Source of the DNA: Balanoglossus misakiensis
Lineage: Eukaryota > Animalia > Hemichordata
DNA: 64,000 nt
Direction: 5' to 3'
Assembly: GCA_040954595.2 (NCBI GenBank)
Contig: CM082577.2
Span: 6,064,301 to 6,128,300 of the forward strand
Part shown: piece after piece, positions 52,786 to 64,000 of the stretch
Position numbering within the stretch: the stretch's first letter is position 1
Layout: every line of letters begins with the position of its first letter
Program-made: the position numbers and the translations under genes
The notes under the pieces: generated by a model
Told to the model about the DNA's origin: nothing
What the model saw: only the letters and a program-made list of their open reading frames with translations
Databases searched by the model: none

Positions 52786-55700
52786 CACACGGATCAGATA
52801 TTAGTGTGTGACGTCACGGAGTCATCTGGCAACTGCAACAGAACTGGTGTCTAATGGCACAGCAAGTTTTCTGCGCTCTCAAGACGACGCAGTACATACA
52901 GTGTAACATGCTTGTTCACATGGGAATAACATCGCCTTATCGTTAAATACTGAATATTCTTTGGGTGGGTCTTTTTTGCCGAGTTAGAATCGACATGGCA
53001 GCATTTTTAGCGTGTTAATTTGGCATGTAATTGATGCCAGCTGAGGTCATGCACACACAAAATAGTAATTATATTATTTCGGTATTTTGGCGGTTCATGT
53101 CATTTTTTGTTTGAATTCTGAACCACGTGATAGTCGCCCGCGGTATGATTTGTGTTCCGAGGTCCAACGATCATGATATTCGCCATTCATGTCAAAAACA
53201 ACATTTAACGACCCACATTACGATATTACGAGTGTACGCGTCGTCGTGCTCAGCGTATAATGATTAAACATATCGAAGAAAAATAATCGGTTATAGCTCA
53301 ATTAAAGCAAAAGTGCTTTGGGTGTGAGGTGACTATGTTATGGAAATAAAGGTTATTTTTGGAGAATATCAACAACGTTATTAGCGACAGAAATTCACAT
53401 TTCTCACGCTTTGTTATGTCTGTTTCACAAAGCAGGACTGAATGTACCATATTTCCACATTTTTATAGCTTAAAATACACACCAGCCATAAAATAGATTT
53501 GAAAATGGGGTCAAGCCCTTGTCCCAAGGCATATGCCATGATTTTTTATCGCAGACATATGTTAGGAAGGTAGTAATAAACAGTATTATTATATCACATT
53601 CAGAAAAGAATATTTTCTGATGGAAAATTTATCTATAGTTCAAAAAATGTCCATACATTTGGGGAGTTTTCTCTTTATTGGTATGCATTTTCCACTTAGA
53701 AACGATTTGAAGGACTCATCATAAAAAATGAACTGGACCCGCCACAAAAAATGATTAATAAATCTAACAGCTTATTCACAGCATAGCGACTCATCGGGGC
53801 ACATTCTTAATCTCTTTCGAAGCATCGCTCCTTTTGACAATTTTACTTGAACGTGTTGACTGCAGCCAGTCCTCGGTGCGTTTAATTTTATACGACACTC
53901 ATCTCTCCAGGGGAGAAAGATTAAAACACTAAAAGGAAGGAGATCACAGGGACCCGTCTCACGAGATGAAACCTTCGATTCCTTCTCCGTGGCAAGGACG
54001 TGATTGAAGATTCATGCAAATGTGTACCTGTTACTCGGGGGCAGTGGAAAGTAGAAACGACAATACGAAGGTAATCGGATGGAAATGCGCCGCTTTTCTT
54101 GAGCTTTTCCGCGAATATATATAATTGCAAGGCCGTGCACAATGATTCGCCTTCCTAAATACATAGTCTGCGGTTCCGAAAATATGACCTGTAGCATGTT
54201 ATTTGCCAGCGTGACAGTTTCGATATTAAGTCACGTTTCAATTTCGTTCCGCACATATCGAGAGTCATCCGGTGTCCGTTTATATACATACATCTCTTTA
54301 TCAGTGCGACAAATGGCAATATAACGTTTTATTCAAATAACTCGATTATTTGACGAGATATTACAATTTACCCGATGATGGCAATAATGCATGTTATGAT
54401 CGAGTGTTCGTACTTTCAGTTTCCATCGCATTGCTCGCGACGGGGCGATGTTATTTCCAAGGACCGTTAATTTCATCTTGTACTGTGAGTTGTTTTCAAA
54501 GAACACGTACGTGGGTGTCTACATCATGTATGTGTTTTTTTCCAGTGGCTAGCCAAGTTTAAAATGCGTAGGCCTACGGAAATTATCCGCTACCCCCTAA
54601 TGACGTCACACCGTATAGCGCGTTGTCACACTCACACCATATCCTGTTTGATGACGTCAGACGCTAAACCGATTTCAGAAACAGGTGAATACCTTGTCCT
54701 CCGTATGTCAAAATTATCATTTACTTTCTATTTCAGGAAGCAATAGAATTGACTGATCAATGTGATTCTCAAAGACAGACTTCCCTTATTCCCATGATTA
54801 GATAAACACCGCTATCTCCCTTCGACAACACACATAGTGATGTTCGAGGGCAGAACATCATGGACCACCTGAGCTTTTTCCAATCTATGGAAGGATCGGA
54901 TACCCTAAGAATTGATTCGACAAGTCTTATTGAAATGCATTTATGCTATTAAATCTTGTAAACTAAATAAAATGAAAAAAAAAAACATTTTAATGATCAA
55001 TGGACATGCGCGTAAGACCGACCGCAATTGTCGTTGATGTAGTTTGGTTTATTTTTTTCTACATTTCAGGTACCATACCCATAAAGGTCAACAGCTGCTA
55101 CATGCAGTAGACAGGACGGGAAACGTCTGGTTCGTTCCCCATTTCCATTTCCATTTCAAAAGAGTTTTCAGTCATCATTATATCGAATTGCTGTTATTTT
55201 GAGTTGCAATACGGCGCAATGCCCTACTACATCGATGCATCTTAGTCTCTCTGGCGATCACGTAAAATGAATTATGCAATTACGCGATATTACCAGACAA
55301 ATGCCGTTCTCTCGCTCAACCAATCTCCTTTATGGGACACCAGTCCGTTTGTAACGAACCCCTTTTGCGCACTATCATGAAAGGCAAGTATAGCCGTGAT
55401 TAGTGGCAATCGCGTAATATTACCAATATCATTAAATCTGTCGTGGGTGTGATGAGGGAATCGATAGTGGGAATGTAAATCACCATTAACTAATCAACTG
55501 GGGTTTACTGTGAGACGTCCACTGTCGATAGCAACGTCTAATACACGAGGTAGGCAGTTGTCGCGTTTTACTTTTTGTTATGGAGAATCGATACTTTGGC
55601 TTGATGTGCCCTTGATCTTAATTGCATATGAGAACGCGTTGTGTTTGTGCCAAATATCCGTTTCCGTGAATGCGAGACCTATGGGACACTGCTTATATTA

Positions 55701-58700
55701 GGCACTTACGTATATTGGGACTTGGGGTAAAAGGACTCTGACCTTTCAAAGATCGGAAGCAAAGCACATGGCGTTTTATATGATGAGAGATGAGTTTTTA
55801 CATGCACTTTTACATGCAATTCTGGCATTAAATTGATAACATGCAATGAGATCCCGAACCATATAGTGACATAATACGAAATCATGCAAGGCAGACTATG
55901 ATGTCAGATGTCAACAGACTTAATTGCTCAACCCGAATGAAATTGGGGGAAATGATTCGAAAAGCAACATTAGATGCCGCTGTAGAACTGCGCATACAAA
56001 TTAAATGAAGCCACCATTGAATATGAGCCGGGATAAACCGATTTATATGAGGGAAGAGTATCCCTCATACATTAGCGTCGCTGTTGAAACTAGAACTTAA
56101 CAAGTCCCGCGGTAATGCGGGCATTGGGCGCTCGCATTAGTGTTTTATTGTAAAATATTGAGTGCGCACGAAATGTGCGTTGAAATGACTCTCAATGGGT
56201 GACCTTACAGTGACCTTCTGCCGAAGCTGCAGCAAATCTGCGGTCATAATTGTGATATGTACATTACGCTAACTGTCTCAGTGCCTTTAAGAATTTAATG
56301 GCTATACAATTAGGTCGCTGCTAACGCGCGCTTTCCGGTGGCAATGACGTCACGGGACGGCCGCCAGCCCCGGGGTTTACGCGAAGTGATAATATAAAAC
56401 GCGTTTATTACCCTAAATCTGTAATATTTTCCTGTACTGAATGGTGCCAGGCAAGATCTTTGAATTGTTTTTCGAATTTATTGGATTGTTATGTGCCGAG
56501 TGAATGACATTTTGATGTGTTGAAATGCGACGTGTAATAATGAATAACTAACTGAGTACTTGCAGTTTGAAAGTTCACTTTACTTTACCGAGACAATCGA
56601 AAAAGATGTCATCGACATGCGTGGGAAGTTATCAGATATACATGATACAGGCTGCGCTCACTTTATAATTTAATTACAAGTTACCTGAAAACCTTTTTGA
56701 TTTCCCTTGTTATCTATAATCTTGGCCCTCATTACTCTTCCGCGTGCCATGGGAAATATCCCGTGACGTCTCGTTGTAATCTGCGTGGACTTTGTCAAAC
56801 GAGCATGCAAATGTCTCTGTGTAGGAACGAGACCCCGGGCCCGGCACAGGACATTTTCAGTCAGGGTGCAGGCTTGGGTCAAGTCGGGAGCCTAAGACAT
56901 ACCTCGTGTGTTTGTGACGTTTTAGGAGGAACTGTTTTGTCTAGAGTGAACGTGATATTGCGGAGTTATTTCTGAACAATCGCAGGTGAATCCTGACGTA
57001 ACAAGGTGAATCGGGTTCAGCTCGCGACTGCGCGCACCTGGTTCAACTCTGCCGCCGCGATTGCGATTTGCGCCCATCCAAGGGGGTTTGGAAATGACTA
57101 AATTTTTATTTGCCGACTTGAACCAAGTCTAATATGGGAGTAATCGTTTTTATGTCTAATTATCTTGTGTCGTCTTCAAAGCTGGGAGTCTCCTTAAGTT
57201 ATTGTCGCTTCTACTTCCAAAAAAGGAAATGGCGATTCTAGGTATTTATATATTCAATTAAAGTAAAAGGGGGAAAAACGATGCAAAAGACCCGAAAGGT
57301 TCAAAAGCGCGACTGCGTCAAAGTCACATGCTCTGACGTAAGTGAGATTACCGTTCCTAGTGGTCGGGCTTTTGTAGTTCTGCATAATTTGCAGATAATG
57401 TCAACAGCTCTGGCCTTTGAGGATCCCTACCCGGAGAGTCTGTATCGATTCCTTGCAACAGATCCCTTCTTGATAATGTGTGATGGCTTCTCTCTGTAGA
57501 GGAGGAAAACGTGACTCGCGTGAAGACGTAACAAGATTAAGAAAGACGTCAGATGAATCTTCGGATTTGGGGGGAATATTACAGACGAGGTTGTTTTGTT
57601 TGCGCGTCAGAACCAACAGAAACGTGGAAGATGGCGAATCAGGCAGTTTGATCTAAATTGGATATGCGTATACTGTTGGGGAAAAACAACCGAGTTTAAT
57701 GATTTCTTCCTCCGGTTTCAGGTTTTGATGAACGCATCACGCCTCGTAAAACGGCGCCAGCCGACGCAGTAATAATGGCACAAAAGCATTATATTGTCTC
57801 GAAATAGCAGACGCGGAACAAGTCGACGGCGGCGCGCGCGCACGCACGCACACGTACGTACATCGCCTTTCAAACACAGGCGTTCTATTTTGGCATTTAA
57901 ACAATTACGGCAATATCTCACACTGGGAATCGCTATCTAATAATCTATATGTAAGTCGATTTACTGGGCTTTGCGCGTGATGACAGAAACGTGAAGGATG
58001 TAGGCCAATTAGAGATGGGGGACACATACGCCGCGCGAGCTTTAATTTTGCTATTAAATCTCTAAGTGCTGCCATAACGACAGTGCTCTTGTTTTTTATT
58101 AATATGCTTTTTATGGAAATTCGTTTAATGAGAATTTCTCCCGGGAATGTCTCGATCGATATATTGTTGTTATCCACAGGTAATACGAACAAAAAAAAAC
58201 TGACGCGTAAAATCGGAGAACTGTCCTCGTATTACGCCGGAACCGCCATGTTTATTCGTCATCATTGAGCATCAGTTTCAGTGAGAAGAATCCGAGAAGA
58301 GTGGTGGCAGCTTATTTTATCTAATTGCCGGTCAAAAAGTACCCAGGTTCTTACTCGTAGAATCTCTGATCCTGCGAACTCAGCGTCACAAGGCATAATA
58401 TACGTCTTCATAAAGCAGGCAATCAAAATTGAAAAACACAAGCCCCGGATTGTAATTACGGCTTCCAGTAACGCGAGCAGCCAGCCTGACATACCGTCGC
58501 CAATGGGGGCGCTATTCCCGTGGGTGTTGCCGAACCACGCGCACGGCGCGCCCACGCCACAGCCTGGGAAGCAAGGTCTCCAGGTCGGCGACCTGTTTGA
58601 CATCCAGAAAACTATGTTTCGATAGAAAAATATTTGCTTGCCCGGGATAACATGTTACGGCCGAGTTGCCATGGTGACCACCCGCGCTGTTGGGAATAAA

Positions 58701-58802
58701 AATATCTCTCCCTTTGTGCGTACAAGGCCAAGTTGTGTCGCTTAGTTTGTTTTACACGTACTACTTGGAGTGGCCTGTACGCTGTACTCTACGTTTTCTG
58801 CA

Positions 58803-58859
58803 TGTCTGTCTCTCTGCGTCTGTCTGTCTGTTTGTTTGTCTGTCTGTCTGTCTGTCTGT
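58803..58859. repeat. Imperfect (TGTC)n microsatellite
   Basis: Directly visible. Confidence 0.9.
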
Positions 58860-60168
58860 ATTAGAGAGTCTCGGTTCTTCTGTCGAACCTGTTCTTACTC
58901 AACTCGATTTGTACTTATTCATTAGGGCCATCCCAAGCAGAAAGCGGTCTTATGGTAGGTAGCGCGATACTTATGACCATAAGACCCCTTATGAATTGTC
59001 ACGGCTACATCAAAACAGCACAGGCGGCTGTCAACAAACTATTGGTGCGAGTGATTTGTTAAGGACTTTAAAACAAGAAGAAATTGCGCTCTCTACGGGA
59101 CTCTCCATGAAAGCGTCCGAGAGGAAAGTGCAACGTGACTCAGAGCACGACTTGTTCACCAAACGTTGTTTTCCCGAACATGTCCCACCACGCATCAACG
59201 CCCCGCCATCAATCCGCCGTCAGTTATGCTTGTTTACACTTAGAGTACCTCGGTCAAACCCATTCAACTTTTTGCTCGGCGCATTCGACTGTGTCACGAC
59301 AGAAACGGCTAAATTCCCATCAAGCCCAGACACGTGCCTTATTTTTACAACGATAAAATCTATCATAAAACTGGCCTTGATTTTTTTAAAATAATTACAT
59401 CAGAACGAATCATGCATCGTGCTCTAAGTGATATATCGGTCGTTTTGTGATCGGTAGAGAGTAACTGGTGATGAGAAGCGTCGTGGTGTGTCTGTGTGTG
59501 CCTGTGTGTGTGTTCAGTCCTCTCAGTATCCTAACCCACTGATGGTGGACTATTTTCTCTCAGAGCGCACTAATTGACAATTCGACGGATTACACCCCGG
59601 GTCGCTCAAGTGTCCCGGATGAGAAAGCAATAGCCAGAGATTATTTCGTCAAAAAAGCCACTACTCCCATCTCACAGAGTGAGATAAGTATCCCCGGGGT
59701 GCCAGCGTCCAGTCGATTTCAAGAGGCTATTTGCATATATTTGCATACAGATGCGTGCCGAATAAAAACCTGCGCCTCGATTTCAGAAAGTAGCCTTTGA
59801 AAGAAAACAAAGAAGCGATTTGTAACGAAAATAAAGGGCCTACTAGACTGCAAAGAAACACGCATTCAGCTTTCAAAACATTGTTAACTTTTTGTGGGTT
59901 TGTAAGACGATATATAACTAATATTGTCCTGTCAGCCAAACGTGTCTTGTAGCCGGCAAAGCGTGTTGGAAAGAAAACATAGGCGTTATTTTTGGCCGAT
60001 CGTCGCATGATGACGAGACTATTGAATAACAAGATATTACATATAATTAAGTGTCATAACACACCGCTGTATATCACTGTCCAGCGTTAAATATGAAGAC
60101 TTAAACTCAGGAATGCACTATTGATCTGAGTAACATGCAGTAATGCATACGATTTATATAACTCGTGT

Positions 60169-60238
60169 TCTCCCTCCCTCCCTCACTCACTCTCTCCCTC
60201 CCTCACTCACTCCCTCCCTCCCCCCTCTCTCTCTCTCT
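60169..60238. repeat. Pyrimidine-rich compound repeat (CTCC/CTCA/CT)n
   Basis: Directly visible. Confidence 0.9.
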
Positions 60239-63200
60239 ATCTTTCTGATCGAAGGTTTCTCTCTCTGATCAAACAAACCTTTGAGCAAAATTGGCGAGAT
60301 TTCCGACACAAGTACTGTGGGAACGACATTCGAACCTAGTAGCAGGAATTACAACGCTGTGACGTTCAACGCAGCGAAAGAAAAACAACACTTGGCTTAT
60401 GTTTTTAAAAAAATCTCCCTTGGTAACAATAATTCCCGAATAAAATTAGTAGTGGCCAGCGTGCATGTGTGACACCCAGCACGTCGCCGCTCTCCCCATA
60501 ATGCATTGTGCGCGTCATCTACAACAGCACGTCACGTGACTTTGAACTACTTTGACCATCTGTCGCGCATTCGAACAAATGAAAAAAAGAAAGACGGTGT
60601 TTTCATTTCTTCTTAGACGGCGGGGATTAGCAAAGTGAAAGCAAAGTGAATTTTTAAAGACTAATTAGGGCGAAAAAATTGCCGTTTTATACGCTAACAT
60701 AATCTCGTAGGAAAGTCACGTGAGTTTGAAAACTTATCAAGGAAGACAAGACGACTTGAAGCCTATCGCAAGAAATGTTTGAAGACAGGTCCGGGTTTCG
60801 AAAGGCTTTTGAAGCCAACTCTGTACCTTATTTAGCGCGAGATGATTTAAATTTCCGAGTCCGAAAAATGTCTGTCTGCCGCGCAATAACTTCTATCACT
60901 CTCAAAACTATAATGCATTTGAGTATATTGAAATTTCAATTCAAATGATTAGTGGAAAGGGAAAGCAAATCGAATATCGATCCAATTATCACAGTTAATA
61001 CTTTCTACAAGTCAGGAAACGATTTCGTGACAATGTCACAATGTAAACAAGTAATTATCACAGATGATTAAAACAAAACGCACTAACCACGTGACACGTT
61101 TTTTTTTATTCCGATCGATAAAATGATACGAAATGAAAAGGCTTGTAAGGCATGGTTTTAGAAAATGTTAATTAACACTTTCATTGACGGGCAGAATGAC
61201 AATTCGGAGGGAAACATGGTCTTTTAAGAGGATTTGAACTATGTTAACTTTCATTTCAAAATTGTTCTACCATATTTCACTATTGTGTATGTTTAGTACC
61301 TGGACAACTTTGTGTATCGTTTCGAATTGAAGTCAAACCACTCCAATCTCAGTAACGGACAAAAAATAAGGTTATACCGTGACAACCTGAGCGAGAATTG
61401 AGAACACCGATACGAACCTCGATGTCACGCCGCGCTGCCGGACTCGGAAATGAAATAAAATTTCAAAGAATCGATTACTTTCTGTGATCCGAACGGCCTA
61501 TGCTCGCATTATCTTCGAAGATGCGCTGAAATTGGCGAGCATTTCCGCTAGTTATTGTCGGAGCGACATCCGGAACGATGTCTTCCCCGGGGCATCGAAT
61601 TCTGGCGATAAGACTTGACTCTCAGTGCAGAATGAGGTTAGAATGGGTCAGAGAACTTTTTTTTCAGGGCAGACGATGAAATCACTCCCGACCAACCCTG
61701 GCAATCTGTCCAGGTATCATTACTGTATCTCAAATTTTAGCACAGTTTAATAAATTATCTGACATTTAATGGCTTGAGGCATGTTCCTTGATACACATGT
61801 GGGGACGATAGAAAACAAACCATCGGCTCTCCCAGACGACATTCTCGCGCCGTAATTTTTATCACGTGAAACGACTGGAGCAACGAGTCTATGTCTCTGA
61901 ATGCAATTTAACGACAGAATTTATGTCCTGTTTTATCATAGACCCTGGTCAGGGTCTGTGGTTTTATTGATCCATCAAACTGACATTAATTGTGACTTCC
62001 GGGAGTAATTAGTCCAAATTCATCTCAAAATTCTCATTTGAATTTGTAAAGCGATTGATGCCTTCTGACGATAAGTATCAGGCGCGAAAAAAGAATGACT
62101 TGGAATCGTTTACGTTCAGGGTACCGTTGGTCCGAAGAGAGAGCTATACGCCGGTGTGTAGTCTGGTCTACGTCGTATACAAATCATATGTGAACAGTTA
62201 TCTGCATTCAGAGCACAGCCGTCGAAGTAGATTGGTTAAAGGGCTTCATTTCATATTGCTTGTACAGGTTACCGAATGATCAGGCATTGAACCACATCAA
62301 AACAACATTGAACTCTGCATGACACGCGAGTGGAATGCCGCGCGTGACAAATGTGGTAAAACTAATTAACGCGCGGTAAAAGGGCAAAACAGCAGTCGTC
62401 GATCCGTAAACGAGGCTGCAGTGCGCACATGGAAACAATGGCCGATTAATTAAACGTTTTGAAGATAATTCAGTCGTGACTAATAAATGGGCTGGTTTTG
62501 ATCATGAACGTATTTTGCGAGATGTTTGTAGTGTCGCAGAATATATTTTTGTGTTGCGATCTTTGTTGGGCTCAGACGACGCGTAAAATGCTGACACAGT
62601 GATTCGTACTATTTACATTCAGTATCACGACTTTCCCTTGCCTCGTACGCTGGAATTACTTTGCAAATTAAAACGTTTCTGACCTAGTAGCACGAGAAAA
62701 AATGCCGTTTTGGAATCCATTCCGCAAATCAATCGATACCATGCAATTTTCCTGTAACCCGACTGAGTTGCAGTAACCGTGTTTCCCGCGCTTATTATGT
62801 CTGTCGTTGACACGATTTCCTTGTGGCATGTAATAACACTATACCCTGCAAACAACGAGAAGAACGGGAAAACGACCTCGTGTGGGCATGTCGCTTGGAA
62901 CCCATCCAAATTAATCAATGACTGCAATTTTCAAATCAATTACTCCTCTCCACCGCGTGCGATATTGCAGTTTTTCGTCTCATTTTACACTGATTTAGAC
63001 AGCCTGCAAGCGTGGTTTCGGTAGAAGGATAGAAATCCGTACCGCCTGACAATTTCGAATTCGTTGGAGTAAAGAAAACCTGCCTAGACACGTAAACAAC
63101 ATTTTATTGGCTCAAGGCGAACTTGACAATCGAGTTCAATGCCCTACAGGTCGTGTTTTCCCCACTGTTATTTTCGTGTCGTCTTCGTTGACTGATGGGC

Positions 63201-64000
63201 AAAGGTCGGGTTTATTAAATATTTTATCGGTGGATTTTCTATCAAAACAACAACAAATCACTGCCCTTTTAGCGGGACAAAACATTCCTTATTACCTTTG
63301 ATGGTGTCAGTTGTAAAGAAACACGCTGACAGGTGACAAAACATTATATTCAAATCGACGCACAACAAACGACAACTGATTTTCCCGCTCAACATTATCG
63401 ATTTGTTTTCAACGCCTCGCCAGCCTGAGGAACAACCGTTTTTTGACAAAACACTATAGGTGGTTTTTGTGAGAAGACGTTCGTGTGATATAAAAACGCC
63501 CGATATGCACACGTACATCATGAAATGGCATTTACGGTGTAATTTGCAGGTACACTCACATCGCAATCATGGGATTAACACCGGGCACGGGCGGTTAATA
63601 AGGACACAAACTCGACCGATGCACGCGATTGTTGACAACCTGCACACCTATATAGGGCGGTTCTCAGTCACCGGGATGTGTAAACTGTACTTTGCGGTGT
63701 GTGCGCGCGTGCATGGGCTAATCCAACCCCCCTCCATTTGATCTGCTGGTGATTAGGATCTAACCCAGGAAGATCCCACTCCTGTGAACTCTCATCGACC
63801 CTCACCTTTGCTGTGCTCACCGACCGCACTGACATTTACATATGTCGTTTGCTCATCCCCATTGTTTCCACCTTTCTGCGCCCCATCACAGTCCCATTTG
63901 TCGAAATTTTAAAAAAAATAAACTCGGATAAATGTTGGATCCCTCGCCCCGACGTGCCATCACAATGAACCGCGAACATATTACTTGAGCGAATGTCGCT

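Noticed and set aside
34084-59715. Shared 14-mer CCAGCGTCCAGTCG at 34084 and 59702
   Set aside because: Several 14-mer matches are expected by chance in 64 kb, and the flanks do not align.

Overview
Intron-rich animal genomic DNA, not prokaryotic. It is most consistent with an invertebrate deuterostome, possibly a hemichordate; this is an inference from protein similarity, intron positions and repeat style. Two spliced protein-coding genes can be rebuilt by hand, both on the minus strand, and most of their exons are missed by the ORF track. (1) A complete five-exon Polycomb/chromobox gene (CBX2/4/6/7/8 family, CDS 46080..44289, about 356 aa) with an N-terminal chromodomain and a C-terminal Pc box. 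(2) The 5' half of a Rab26/Rab37 GTPase gene with two alternative first-exon plus P-loop-exon pairs. The distal pair is 25193-24990 and 12750-12643 (HK|[15 protein letters not shown]...TVGIGFS). The proximal pair is 9750-9682 and 9504-9394 (ACK|[15 protein letters not shown]...TVGIDFR). I could not find the shared downstream exons, which probably lie left of the window. This dual promoter, swappable P-loop/switch-I design matches, from memory, the two N-terminal isoform classes of human RAB37 and is the most notable signal here. The rest is non-coding: MITE-type elements, microsatellites, hairpins, dense CRE/X-box/E-box motifs, and an apparent CpG-depletion boundary near 9 kb. No CRISPR array, tRNA or rRNA was recognised.
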